Below, piece after piece: positions 53,548 to 64,000 of a stretch of 64,000 bases of DNA. The notes under the pieces are model-generated. The model searched no databases, was not told the DNA's origin, and saw only the letters and a list, made by a program, of their open reading frames with translations. Made by a program: the position numbers and the translations under genes. Origin of the DNA: Thermoplasmatales archaeon (GTDB taxonomy: Archaea; Thermoplasmatota; Thermoplasmata; Thermoplasmatales; Thermoplasmataceae); the NCBI GenBank assembly GCA_027310185.1, contig DAIDBH010000018.1:160001-224000 (forward strand), given 5' to 3'. The stretch's first letter is position 1. Each line of letters starts with the position of its first letter.

Positions 53548-54603
53548 ATGCCTGAAGTGAGAAGATACCTTCTTCTCGAGGATGGCTCGTCCTTTGAGGG
53601 GAAGGCATTTGGTTCATGTGACAGTTCAACTGGTGAACTTGTCTTCAATACATCCTTCACAGGATATTATGAAATAATGACTGATCCATCATATGGGGGT
53701 CAGATTATAGTGTTCAACTTCCCCTCAATGTTCTATTATGACTATATGAAGGACATAGCCCAGAGTGACAGGATAAGTGCAAGCGGGATAGTGGTCAAGG
53801 ATGGAATCATACCTGGAAATAGTAGTTTCAAAAATCTGGACGATCTGCTAAAATTGAAGCATGTTCCAGGAATATACGGTATTGATACGAGAAAGTTAAC
53901 CCAAAAAATAAGGGATTCGGGAAACCTTAAAGGTTTCATTACTTCCACAGATAGGATGCCGGATCATTTCCCGGAAATGGACACAGAAGAACTGATAAGA
54001 AAATTCTCAACAAAGGAATCCTACATCATCAATGGAGAAGGACAGAAGAAAATTCTCTTTGTTGACATGGGCACGAAGTCGTCTCTTCTGAGGGAAGTTT
54101 CAAAGCTCGGGAATCTTGAAATCGTTAACATATTCAATCTGCCTGAGACGTATGAGGATTATGATGGAATCTTTCTGTCAAACGGGCCTGGCGATCCTGG
54201 AAACGCAGTATTCAGGCAATTGAAAAAGGAACTGAAAAATGTCATAGGAACAGTGCCCGTTTTCGGTGTATGTCTGGGACATCAGATTATAGGCGAAGTC
54301 ATTGGAGGAAAGATTGAAAAGATGAAGTTCGGTCACCATGGTTCAAATCACTCTGTTGGGAATGGACAAAGGTCATTCATCACATCACATAACCACAATT
54401 TCAGGATAGCAGAGGATTCACTTAATATCAGTGGTGTAGAAATAATGTACAGGGACATGAACGATGGTACACCAGAAATGATTGGAATGGAGGAGAAAAT
54501 GCTGCTGAGTGCACAGTTTCACCCGGAAGGCTCACCCGGACCTAGGGACAGCACCGGGTTTTTTGATATAATGAGGAGTGTAATGGATGGAATCAGAAAC
54601 TAG
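53548..54603 (+). CDS. carA: Carbamoyl-phosphate synthase small subunit
   Basis: TDPSYGGQ, SNGPGDP, GVCLGHQ and QFHPEG; SD GGAGG. Confidence 0.96.
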   Translation: MPEVRRYLLLEDGSSFEGKAFGSCDSSTGELVFNTSFTGYYEIMTDPSYGGQIIVFNFPSMFYYDYMKDIAQSDRISASGIVVKDGIIPGNSSFKNLDDLLKLKHVPGIYGIDTRKLTQKIRDSGNLKGFITSTDRMPDHFPEMDTEELIRKFSTKESYIINGEGQKKILFVDMGTKSSLLREVSKLGNLEIVNIFNLPETYEDYDGIFLSNGPGDPGNAVFRQLKKELKNVIGTVPVFGVCLGHQIIGEVIGGKIEKMKFGHHGSNHSVGNGQRSFITSHNHNFRIAEDSLNISGVEIMYRDMNDGTPEMIGMEEKMLLSAQFHPEGSPGPRDSTGFFDIMRSVMDGIRN

Positions 54604-57583
54604 GGAAGAGGATATGCGGGTCCTGGTGATCGGTTCGGGACCTGTGGTCATAGGGCAGTCTGCTGAATTTGATTATGCAGGAACCCAGGCCTGCAGGATA
54701 TTGAGGGAAAGAAATATTTACACAATCCTCCTCAATTCAAATCCGGCAACAATCCAAACAGATAACTACAATGCAGATAAGGTATACATTGAACCCATAA
54801 ACAGGGAAAATGCAGAGCGTATAATTGAAACAGAAGGAGTAACGCACATAATTGGATCAATGGGGGGGCAAACCGCGCTGAATCTTGTAATGGAGCTGCA
54901 TAACAATGGTTTCCTGAAAGAAAAAAATGTGAAAATCCTTGGAACTCAACCTGAATCCATAAGAATCGCAGAAGACAGGGAGGTATTTCATTCTGTAATG
55001 GAAAAAAACGGCATAGCAATACCTTGGTCTATTTCTCTAAAAAGAAGTGATTATGGAAAAATAGCCGCAGAAATTGATTTCTTTCCAGTCATCCTCAGGA
55101 CCTCTTTTTCGCTGGGCGGGTTATCAGGCAAGATAATTAAGGACAGATCAGAACTGGTCCAGGTCCTGGAGGAAATATTTTCAGATTCAGCCCAGGAATC
55201 CGTGGACATTGAGAAGTCCCTGCTGGGCCTTATTGAAATGGAATACGAGGTTATCAGGGACAATTCAGGGAACAGTATAATGATATGCAACATGGAAAAT
55301 ATTGATCCAATGGGAGTACATACGGGAGAAAGTATTGTGGTAACACCATCCCTGACGATTCCAGATAATATTCACCAGAGGATGAGGAAGACAGCATTGA
55401 ATATAGCGGACATAGTCGGAATTGTTGGTGCCTGCAATGTTCAATTTGCAGTTGACATGGAAAGTGGAAATTTCTTTGTTGTGGAAATAAACCCGCGTAC
55501 TTCCAGATCTTCCGCCCTTGCTTCCAAGGCGAGTGGTTATCCAATTGCAAAGGTTGCAACCATGGTAATTCTGGGAGATTCTTTGGTTTCAATTTCAAAT
55601 CCCATAACTGAAAATACCTCTGCTTCCTTTGAGCCATCGATGGATTATGTAATAGTTAAAATTCCCATATGGCCTGTTGGAAAATTCACTGATTCAGGTT
55701 CCATAGGAATATCCATGAAATCTACGGGAGAAGCCATGGGTATAGGAAGATCCTTCGAGGAGGCTTTTCTCAAGGCTGTAGCAGCTACAGAAATTGATTT
55801 CAGCAGATATTTCTCAGAAGTAGATGAGGATGAAATCCTGAATAATTTAAAACAGGCAAACTGGAAGAGGCTTGGATATGTAATATCTGCATTGAATCAG
55901 GAGATGGATCTCAATCTGATAGCGACAATGACAGGCTGGCAGATAGAAATAGTCCAAAGGTTATCTAATATGTTCAAATTTCTCGGAAAGTCTGTAGTTA
56001 ATCTTGAAGAATACCTGCCGGAACTGAAAAGATATGGATATCCTGACAGAATAATTTCATGGAAAACTGGAATAAACGAGTCTGAAATCCTCTTAATGAG
56101 GAAGAAAGCTGGTCTCTTTCCAAGTTTCAGGATGATAGATTCATCTTCCTCCGAATTCAGTTCAAGGACGAAATACCTGTATTCAACGTATTATGAGGAT
56201 GATGAGTGTGGTCCAAGGAGAAAAGATTCAGTATTGATTATTGGCTCTGGCCCAAACAGGATTGGACAGGGTCTTGAATTTGATTACAGTTCTGTAAAGG
56301 CTATACAGGCACTGAAGAAATTTGGCTATAGATCACTCATGATAAATTCAAACCCTGAAACCGTATCCACCGATTTTAACACATCAGATGAACTCTATTT
56401 TGATCCCCTCACACTGGAATATGTAAGTGGAATAATTGAAAAAAGAAGGCCAGCTGGAATAATCATACAGTTCTCCGGGCAGACCGGGCAGAACATGGCA
56501 TACGAAATTGGGAAGATATACGGTGAGGATATAATTATGGGAACAAAACCCTCATCCATAGCAAGAATTGAGAATAGGTCAACATTTTCCAGGGACCTTG
56601 ATCATCTGGGTATAGCTCAGGCTAAATGGCATGAGGCGTTCAGCGGTGAAGAAATAAGAGAAAAATCAGAATTATTGCAGAATAAGGTAATAATAAGAGG
56701 CAGCTTCATAATAGGGGGATCTTCCATGTTTGTGAGCAGGTCCCCTGGGGATATTGAAACCTTCATAAATAAACTGAAAAGTAGTACTGTAAAATTTCCA
56801 TTACTGATTTCTGAGTTGCTTGAAGGAGCAACAGAATATGATCTGGATTTCATAAGCAGTAGTAAGCAGCTTATGATTGCAGGCATATTGAAACAGATTG
56901 AACCCGCCGGAATTCACTCCGGGGACTCTATGGCAATTTGCGGTCCGGACATACCGGATAAGGAACTTGAAACGAGGATGAAGGTTATTGCTGAGAAGTT
57001 TCTTGATTTTTACTCCATTAGTGGATTCACAAATATACAGTTCATGGAAAAGGATGGTCTGCTCTATGTCATTGAGCTGAATGCACGGGCAAGCAGAACT
57101 GTTCCATTTATAAGTAAATGGTCAGGAGTAAACTGGGTTGAAAATGGGATCGCAATGATCCTTGGTCGGAGCAATACCACTATTGACATAGATGTGAAGG
57201 ATTATGCAGCAAAGATACCAGTATTCCCCTTTAACAGGTTTCACGAAAGCGACTATATGCTTTCTGCCGAAATGAGATCTACCGGGGAGGCAATGGTAAG
57301 GGCACCAACTATTGACATTCTGAAGGACAGGATTAAATCATTTCTAAGGATTAAGTCTGAAGAATACATATTTTATGACCGCCAGAGGATCACGCTTATT
57401 GATGGTGGTGAAATAAAGGAATTGACGGAGGAAGAAGCTACTGGTATTATAAACTCTTCAGGTAATATAAATGTGATCTGCAGTACAGAAAGTCATTTAA
57501 GGAAGGAGATTTCACACATTGCAGATCTTAAAAAGATACCATTGATAAATAACCAGTACATCTGGGAATTCATCTTAAAATAA
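54587..57583 (+). CDS. carB: Carbamoyl-phosphate synthase large subunit
   Basis: GSGPVVIGQSAEFDY, GVHTGES, EINPRTSRSS, GSGPNRIGQGLEFDY and MRSTGE. Confidence 0.95.
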   Translation: MESETREEDMRVLVIGSGPVVIGQSAEFDYAGTQACRILRERNIYTILLNSNPATIQTDNYNADKVYIEPINRENAERIIETEGVTHIIGSMGGQTALNLVMELHNNGFLKEKNVKILGTQPESIRIAEDREVFHSVMEKNGIAIPWSISLKRSDYGKIAAEIDFFPVILRTSFSLGGLSGKIIKDRSELVQVLEEIFSDSAQESVDIEKSLLGLIEMEYEVIRDNSGNSIMICNMENIDPMGVHTGESIVVTPSLTIPDNIHQRMRKTALNIADIVGIVGACNVQFAVDMESGNFFVVEINPRTSRSSALASKASGYPIAKVATMVILGDSLVSISNPITENTSASFEPSMDYVIVKIPIWPVGKFTDSGSIGISMKSTGEAMGIGRSFEEAFLKAVAATEIDFSRYFSEVDEDEILNNLKQANWKRLGYVISALNQEMDLNLIATMTGWQIEIVQRLSNMFKFLGKSVVNLEEYLPELKRYGYPDRIISWKTGINESEILLMRKKAGLFPSFRMIDSSSSEFSSRTKYLYSTYYEDDECGPRRKDSVLIIGSGPNRIGQGLEFDYSSVKAIQALKKFGYRSLMINSNPETVSTDFNTSDELYFDPLTLEYVSGIIEKRRPAGIIIQFSGQTGQNMAYEIGKIYGEDIIMGTKPSSIARIENRSTFSRDLDHLGIAQAKWHEAFSGEEIREKSELLQNKVIIRGSFIIGGSSMFVSRSPGDIETFINKLKSSTVKFPLLISELLEGATEYDLDFISSSKQLMIAGILKQIEPAGIHSGDSMAICGPDIPDKELETRMKVIAEKFLDFYSISGFTNIQFMEKDGLLYVIELNARASRTVPFISKWSGVNWVENGIAMILGRSNTTIDIDVKDYAAKIPVFPFNRFHESDYMLSAEMRSTGEAMVRAPTIDILKDRIKSFLRIKSEEYIFYDRQRITLIDGGEIKELTEEEATGIINSSGNINVICSTESHLRKEISHIADLKKIPLINNQYIWEFILK

Positions 57584-57602
57584 TGATAAAACATTTCAAT
57601 TT

Positions 57603-59048
57603 TCAGAGAGGTGAAGTTGGAAATCTCTTCTTTGTGTTCTCTATCTCCTTCACAACCCTCTCCTTGAACGCATCAAAGTCCTTTGGAGTTTTAGGGTAGT
57701 TTTCATATATCTTGTTCATTTCATTCATCTTCCTGACTGTATAAACAAGATTTGAGAATGCGTTCATATTCTTCATTCCCTTTATTATCATCTTGGCTTT
57801 GCCGGCCAGAGAAAGCTCGGGGATCATTCCAACCGTAAGATCACTGGCTTCTTTCTTGGTTAAGAACGTTTTCATGCCGTAGTTCAGAATTTCATTGTTT
57901 ACAGATTGCAAATAAATCCTGAAAACCTCCATTCCGGCCATCTTCATTCCATATTTCTCATTGAAATCAAGATTATAGTTCCAGAGACCGGATACTGATA
58001 CATCTCCTTTTGATATGGACTGGGCTGCATTTCTGCCTGCAATAACACCCGCGATCAGTGCCGGTCCTATACCGCCTGCGCTGATTGGATTGGGCATGGT
58101 CATACTATCTCCAGCACCCATGTAACCATTGTAGACAAGGCTCTCCATCTGCCTTCTAACAGGAACTGACCATATACCTTTTCCATTACTGTCCGTGTCA
58201 TCAACCCTGAGGTTTTTGAAATTTGGAAGCCACTTTACATAGTTGTCAATAAGGGTCTGTAAATTGTCATTTCTTCCCATTTTCTTGTTTCTTATATCAA
58301 GGGCCTTTTTCTGAACTCCCAGTCCGATGTTCACCTTGCCGTTTGACTTCGGGAATACCCAGCCATATCCGCCTGGAGCAAGTTCATTATTAAGATGTAT
58401 CAGGGCATACCTGCTATCATAATAATTTGAATCCTCTTTTTCAAGTTCAAAATTATATATATATCTCCCTGTGCTCTCTATATCATCTATGTCAACCATT
58501 CTGTCAACAAAATTATTTTCAGGTAACTTTCTTCTCAAAACTGTTGATACACCCAGGGAATCGATAACTATCTTTGACCTGTATTCAACATTCTTTCCGT
58601 CCTGATCCCTGCCAGTTATTCCCTTAATGAAACCATCCTCAACTATAGGCCCTGTGACCTCGAATTTAGATATGTAATCAATTTTCTCACCCCTTGCAAT
58701 TGAAAGAAGCTTCCTTTCAAATACTGGTCTGTTCAGTGAAAATCCCTTTCCATCAAATGGATATCTGGAGTTAAGGTCGGGGGACAGAGCCATAACACCG
58801 TCCACCGGCAGGTCAAGTTCAGGGCTTGAAAACTTTACGCCAAGGTTTTCCTGGATATAATCTATATGGGATGCTGCAACCGCGTCACCGCAGGTCCATC
58901 CCCAGTTTGTTTTTCTTCCTACATTTTTCTCTTCGTTTCTGTCAACAAGTAGAACCGATATTCCGCCCCTTGCAGCCATTGTTGCGGCCAGAGTTCCAGC
59001 CAGACCCGCTCCAGCTACAATTAAATCATAATCGTTTTTAACCGACAT
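57603..59048 (-). CDS. Geranylgeranyl reductase family flavoprotein
   Basis: GAGLAG Rossmann motif, CGDA, PGGYGWVFP and GD...NPISAGGI. Confidence 0.88.
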   Translation of the reverse strand: MSVKNDYDLIVAGAGLAGTLAATMAARGGISVLLVDRNEEKNVGRKTNWGWTCGDAVAASHIDYIQENLGVKFSSPELDLPVDGVMALSPDLNSRYPFDGKGFSLNRPVFERKLLSIARGEKIDYISKFEVTGPIVEDGFIKGITGRDQDGKNVEYRSKIVIDSLGVSTVLRRKLPENNFVDRMVDIDDIESTGRYIYNFELEKEDSNYYDSRYALIHLNNELAPGGYGWVFPKSNGKVNIGLGVQKKALDIRNKKMGRNDNLQTLIDNYVKWLPNFKNLRVDDTDSNGKGIWSVPVRRQMESLVYNGYMGAGDSMTMPNPISAGGIGPALIAGVIAGRNAAQSISKGDVSVSGLWNYNLDFNEKYGMKMAGMEVFRIYLQSVNNEILNYGMKTFLTKKEASDLTVGMIPELSLAGKAKMIIKGMKNMNAFSNLVYTVRKMNEMNKIYENYPKTPKDFDAFKERVVKEIENTKKRFPTSPL

Positions 59049-59307
59049 ACTAATTCCTTTTGAACTGTATATTTGATAACTTTTAAATATTTTTTAATTC
59101 GATCAGTTACATATATTTTAAGAAGTGAAGTAATCATGGAATGATGATTCCTGAAATTTATAATAAACAATCATCTTCTGTTCAACGATTGGAACTAAAT
59201 ATGGATCATATGTACATATGGAATCAATCAAGGTAGAGTATGATGAAATGTAGTATTGTAGACAACCAAAGGTTAATGGCTTTTTAAATCGAGTGAAAAA
59301 ACCCAAA

Positions 59308-59962
59308 TCAATGGAAAGGGTTCTCCCCGAGTCTGTTCATGCCTTCGAAGAAAATATCTCCTCCTTTCATTGAGAATCTTGGAAATATCATACCCACACC
59401 TGTTGATACAGCTTCAAAAAATGCCTCTGCAAATAGGGGGTCTGTCACTTTATTTGGATAGAAGAATTTTGTATTCTTACGAAACAGGAGAAAAATAAGA
59501 TTTGTATCTTTTCCTTCCTTCTTCATTTTTGTCAGATTCCGGATATGTTTTGCACCTCTCATTGTTGGCGCATCGGGAAAAATTACATATTCATTCAATT
59601 GCATGGAGCAACCCTTCACTTCAACATATCCATTTTCTATGGCGAAGTCATATCTCGAATCACCATGTGTCACCTCCCTGCGGAAATTTCCATTAATAAA
59701 AAACTCTGCGATCCCATTATGAAATCTTGTGTCAAGCAATATTTCCTCACCATCCAGAACTGCAGATGTAATGGAAAATGATGTCTTTGCTCCTTTAGTT
59801 TTCCTGATATTCACAGTAGAACCTGGAAAAATCAGCTCTTTGAGTCTCCCAGGATCATGGAGATGAACATCCAAAATTCTGCCTGAAGACTCCCACTTCC
59901 ACCAGAAAGCGGTTTTTTCTTTCTATTACCGTGGCTTCAATAAGTTCTGAACCAAGTTCCAT
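59308..59962 (-). pseudogene. sfsA: DNA/RNA nuclease SfsA with a frameshift near 59893
   Basis: HLHDPGRLKEL, SRYDF, VEVKG and FPDAPTMRG.KH; the N-terminal ERKNRFLVEV motif lies in another frame. Confidence 0.78.
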
Positions 59963-60153
59963 CACCCTATCTCCAATTCTTATCTTTCTTAGTTCCACTC
60001 TGCAGGATGATAAAAGTTATTAATAGGATTATGCTGAAAAAGTATGATAGGGCAACTCACTGTTAAATCTGGATTTTGAAATTTAGCAAAATAAGAACTG
60101 CATATGGGTTACCCATCCATAGTATTTTTAATCTCGTCCTTATTAACTAAGTC

Positions 60154-60999
60154 ATGGAAAGTGTCCAGTCAATCATGACGCCGGATCCGGTAATATTCTC
60201 ACTCCCTTCAACAGTGGCACAGGCTGTTTCTGTGTTGATAAAGAATAACATAACGGGAATGCCAGTCGTTAATTCCAGCGGAAAATATGTTGGAATAATA
60301 TCAAGAAGAGATGTATTCGCCAATCCTGAAGAAACACAGGCAACGAGGATTACAAGAAGCGAACCATCCATAAGGGATGACACAGAAATAAGGGAGGCAG
60401 CCATATTGATGGTAAAGGAAAAGAGAAGGCATGCCGCAATAGTGAACAGTAGGGACGAAGTGATCGGGATACTTACGCCGCAGGATTTCTTGAAAACCAT
60501 TGAAAAAACATATGGAAATATTCTGGTGAAGGAAGTAATGAAAAGTCTTGCCTTTCCCATATGGGAAAAAACTCCTCTTCCGGTTGTATACAGATCTATG
60601 AAACTTACAGGTATATTCACATATCCAGTAACAGATTCACATGGGAATTTCAAGGGCTTGATCACCGACAGGGACCTTTTTGACAAAATTGATGTTAGCA
60701 CAGTAAGGGTGGATGATGTGGAAACAGTATCAGACGATGATCCATGGTCATGGGATTCAGTGAGAAATGTAGTCTCTTACTTCATTGAGAAGAATCATTT
60801 GAAAATACCGGAAGATCCGGCAGAATCCATAGCAATAGGGAAACCGGTAGTCGCGAATTTAAATGAGAGGCTCGCTCTCGTCGCAAGAAAGATGAGGGAC
60901 GGTAATTTCAACCAGCTTCCTGTCACATCCAGCGTTAACGGTCTTGAAGGAATCCTGACTGATCTTGATATCCTGGCGGTATTCCTGAAAGAAAAATAA
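60154..60999 (+). CDS. CBS domain protein (four CBS repeats)
   Basis: Repeated PVV...GIIS/GILT motifs. Confidence 0.9.
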   Translation: MESVQSIMTPDPVIFSLPSTVAQAVSVLIKNNITGMPVVNSSGKYVGIISRRDVFANPEETQATRITRSEPSIRDDTEIREAAILMVKEKRRHAAIVNSRDEVIGILTPQDFLKTIEKTYGNILVKEVMKSLAFPIWEKTPLPVVYRSMKLTGIFTYPVTDSHGNFKGLITDRDLFDKIDVSTVRVDDVETVSDDDPWSWDSVRNVVSYFIEKNHLKIPEDPAESIAIGKPVVANLNERLALVARKMRDGNFNQLPVTSSVNGLEGILTDLDILAVFLKEK

Positions 61000-61029
61000 T
61001 AATCAAATAGGAGTCGGAAATAGGGAAGA

Positions 61030-62502
61030 GTGAACGGAGTGGACGAACTGGAAGTAATGATTGAATTATCCAAAAGGAGGGGTTTCTTCTGGCCATCATT
61101 TTCTATTTATGGTGGCTCTGCAGGGTTGAACGATTATGGCCCACTTGGCTCAATTCTTAAGACAAGGATATATCAGGAATGGAAAAATGAGTTCACAAGA
61201 ATAGGTGCAATTGAGATAGACACACCAAACCTCACCCCGGAAGTAGTTCTGAAAGCTTCCGGGCATGTGGACAAATTCATCGATATGGCAATTACATGTT
61301 CAAAATGTAAAACAAGATACAAGCTTGAAAATGTTATAGAGAGCTATGGTGGTTCCAAAATACCAGAGACACTGGAAGAGGCAAAATTAATTGTGTCAAG
61401 TGGCAACTTCAAATGCCAGAAATGTGGTAATATCTTAACTGATCCATATGAATTTCACCTGATGTTTGAAACAAGATCTGGTGGTGAAATAATGTATCTG
61501 AGACCTGAAACAGCCCAGGGGATATTTGTCAATTTCAAGCTACTTCTCAATTACAACAGGGGAAAACTTCCCATGATCGTAATACAGCAGGGAAAAGGAT
61601 TCAGAAATGAAATTTCACCAAGGCAGGGAATAATAAGGCAGAAAGAATTCAACATGGCCGAGGCAGAAGTATTCCTTGAAGCTGACCGGGAAGCCAATTT
61701 CATACCTCGCGGTGATTGCGAGGTTACACTTCATGACATGTATTCAAAAGAGCACAGGATCAATCTATCCAATGCAGTAAATTCCCATATTATAGGTTCT
61801 AATGATCATGCATTCTTCATGGAAACTGTTTACAGACTGGCTATTAAGATAGGGATATCTCCAGAAAGGCTGAGATTCAGGCAACATCGGAAAGATGAAC
61901 TTGCACATTACTCAAAGGAATGCTGGGATTTAGAGGCCAGGATAAATGACTCATGGCTTGAAATAGCCGGTATAGCCGATAGGGGCACTTATGATCTTTC
62001 AAGACATATCAGGGAATCCGGTGAAAATCTGTTTTACGAAGCAGAAAAAATAGCAAGGGTACTTGAGCCATCAATAGGACTGGACAGGATGATAGCGGCA
62101 TCAATAATATCAAATATGAAGAAGAGGGAAAATGAATATTCATATCTCACCTTTCCTTCAGAAATAGCACCGTACAGGGTAGCAATCCTTCCATTGCAGA
62201 AAAAGGACGGATTGCTGGAAAAGGCAAGAGAAATATTTGCGAAACTCCAGGAAATTGAGCCATATTCAGTGTTTGATGAATCAGGAGCAATAGGAAGAAG
62301 ATATGCCAGACAGGACGAAATAGGAACACCTTTCTGTATAACAGTGGACTATGATACACTGGAAAGGGATGTGGTAACAATAAGGGAGAGGAATTCGACC
62401 AAGCAGATAAAGGAAGTAAAAGTCGACTCTATCACAGATTTTCCAGTATTCCTGAGGAATCCCATCCTTGATGAATTTAAAAAAATGAATTCTGTTCAAT
62501 GA
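61030..62502 (+). CDS. glyS: Glycine--tRNA ligase
   Basis: DYGPLG, ASGHVDKF, LRPETAQG, FRNEISPR, ELAHY and GRRYARQDEIGTP. Confidence 0.96.
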   Translation: MNGVDELEVMIELSKRRGFFWPSFSIYGGSAGLNDYGPLGSILKTRIYQEWKNEFTRIGAIEIDTPNLTPEVVLKASGHVDKFIDMAITCSKCKTRYKLENVIESYGGSKIPETLEEAKLIVSSGNFKCQKCGNILTDPYEFHLMFETRSGGEIMYLRPETAQGIFVNFKLLLNYNRGKLPMIVIQQGKGFRNEISPRQGIIRQKEFNMAEAEVFLEADREANFIPRGDCEVTLHDMYSKEHRINLSNAVNSHIIGSNDHAFFMETVYRLAIKIGISPERLRFRQHRKDELAHYSKECWDLEARINDSWLEIAGIADRGTYDLSRHIRESGENLFYEAEKIARVLEPSIGLDRMIAASIISNMKKRENEYSYLTFPSEIAPYRVAILPLQKKDGLLEKAREIFAKLQEIEPYSVFDESGAIGRRYARQDEIGTPFCITVDYDTLERDVVTIRERNSTKQIKEVKVDSITDFPVFLRNPILDEFKKMNSVQ

Positions 62503-62677
62503 AATTATACTATTTCACATCAGAATCTAAAATGAGTACTTCTGATTGAATCTCCTTACTTTGAAGAACAATTATGTATTCTGCGATTCTGCTCCCATAA
62601 CCGTTATCAAATCGAAAGGAACTCTTGCAGCCGGGAAACCTAAGGACATTAACAAATATATTAATAATAAATTAATT

Positions 62678-63361
62678 ATGCACCTTCAAGTGACTGTTAA
62701 CTGTAATATATCCATAGTGATCCCAACAATGAACGAAGGTAGAACAATTGGCAAGGTCATTGACGATCTCCAGTATCTCAGGCCATTGGAGATTATCGTC
62801 GTGGACACAAATTCCACTGATAAAACTAGGGAAATTGCCTCAGAAAAGGGGGCAAAAGTCATAGAAGAACCAAGAAAAGGATACGGTAGGGCATATAAAA
62901 CTGGGATCGAGGAGGCAAAAGGGGAAATTATTGTCTGTCTGGATGGCGATGGCACCTATCCTGCTGAAGCGGTAGGTCCCTTAATAGAATTACTTTTCAT
63001 TGACAGGGTCGATTTCATCTCGTGTGACAGGATGACGTTGAGAACGACTTATTCATACACTACATTACATCTAATAGGAAACAAGATTCTAAACAAAACC
63101 CTTGCAATTCTCTATGGCTTCAGGTTATATGATTCCCAGAGTGGCATGTGGATATTCAGGAAGGACTTATACGCCAGGATGAAGAATCTAAGTGATGGAA
63201 TGTCCTATTCCCAGGATATAAAGATCGAGGCTATGAGGAATGGAAGATTGATCGAAGTGCCAATTGTTTATGGGGTTAGGATAACGAAGCCAAAGCTTAA
63301 CACATGGGAAGATGGCTTTCATAATCTCTTTGAACTTTTCGTGAAATACGTGAATAAGTAA
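62678..63361 (+). CDS. Glycosyltransferase family 2 (DPM synthase-like)
   Basis: IVIPTMNE, GYGRA, LDGDGTYP and DSQSGM; start trimmed. Confidence 0.88.
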   Translation: MHLQVTVNCNISIVIPTMNEGRTIGKVIDDLQYLRPLEIIVVDTNSTDKTREIASEKGAKVIEEPRKGYGRAYKTGIEEAKGEIIVCLDGDGTYPAEAVGPLIELLFIDRVDFISCDRMTLRTTYSYTTLHLIGNKILNKTLAILYGFRLYDSQSGMWIFRKDLYARMKNLSDGMSYSQDIKIEAMRNGRLIEVPIVYGVRITKPKLNTWEDGFHNLFELFVKYVNK

Positions 63362-63549
63362 TAATTGAAATGATTTTTCCCGTGAATAAGGAAAATCTGA
63401 ACAGGTATCCATGGATTTCATCACTCAGGTTATTTTCATAAGAATTACTTTTCTGCTCAAACTGCATGATTTCCTTCTAAAAGTGCAGTTATGAGAACAT
63501 ATTGAGATTTTTCCAAACTTTAAAATATAAAGTTTGTCTATATCTATTC

Positions 63550-64000
63550 ATGGAAAATAACCAGACCAAAGTTGGTGTCATATGCAATGAAGATGTACAC
63601 TTCACCAACCCTATCGTTATCGGTGGGTTCATTGGGCAGACTACACTGGGTGTAACAACAACAAGCTACATCATAGAGCAGTTTGGTTTACACGAAGTCG
63701 CAAAATTGAAATCACATCAAATAGCACCCGTTACGGTTTTCGTTGGAGGAAAGATGAGAAGTCCTTTCAGAATTTATTCCAATGATAAGGGTACTTTAAT
63801 GATCATTCAATGTGAGGTGCCTGTAGACATTGAGGGTTTGTATGAAATTACAGAAACACTGATGGACTGGATCAAGCCATTCAACCCGAAGGAGTTTGTG
63901 ATCATAGATGGAGTTCCCGTAGAGGACCTTCCAGAGGAAAGGGAGGCATATCTCGTAGCTGGTCTGGAGAGAATTGAAAGTTTAAAGAGTACTGGAATAG
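63550..64000 (+). CDS. PAC2-family proteasome assembly chaperone (partial, runs off the window)
   Basis: Hand translation MENNQ...PIVIGGFIGQTTLG...YIIEQFGL...PFRIYS...EVPV; not in the ORF track because no stop is in the window. Confidence 0.8.
   Translation, partial: MENNQTKVGVICNEDVHFTNPIVIGGFIGQTTLGVTTTSYIIEQFGLHEVAKLKSHQIAPVTVFVGGKMRSPFRIYSNDKGTLMIIQCEVPVDIEGLYEITETLMDWIKPFNPKEFVIIDGVPVEDLPEEREAYLVAGLERIESLKSTGI

Noticed and set aside
59139-59157. ATGATGA-TTC-CTGA as a C/D box sRNA
   Set aside because: No guide spacing or second box pair
60012-60040. TTATGCTGAAA as a dif right arm
   Set aside because: No matching inverted left arm at 6-nt spacing
1-64000. CRISPR arrays, rRNA, inteins, and the many 60-140 aa ORFs nested in or antisense to long genes
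   Set aside because: No regularly spaced repeats, rRNA motifs or intein-sized insertions seen; nested ORFs are frame shadows of well-supported genes

Overview
Core-genome stretch of an archaeal chromosome, most likely a Thermoplasmatales member (possibly Cuniculiplasma-like). This is inferred from tricorn protease, zinc-containing ferredoxin, proteasome alpha, GINS15, NreA, XerA, archaeal CCA enzyme and the AT-rich, often leaderless promoters. It holds about 55 protein genes (OFOR alpha/beta, aconitase, rps12/rps7, DHS, purM, carAB, GlyRS, XPD, RNase HII, photolyase, GGPP synthase, GGR, transporters), RNase P RNA and three tRNAs (Ser-CGA, Phe-GAA, Gln-UUG). The one accessory patch follows tRNA-Ser (about 9.9-13.5 kb): a frameshifted IS5-family element plus an orphan pair (RHH-like protein and membrane protein). 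No CRISPR array, rRNA or provirus was seen. Best leads: a multi-stem non-coding element between nreA and psmA; a ferredoxin-tRNA-Gln(UUG)-SAMP/ThiS unit with the SAMP ribosome-binding site in the tRNA trailer; a CDS whose stop codon lies inside tRNA-Ser; PadR-type operator boxes; and a frameshifted sfsA. All calls rest on motif recognition by eye; no searches were run.
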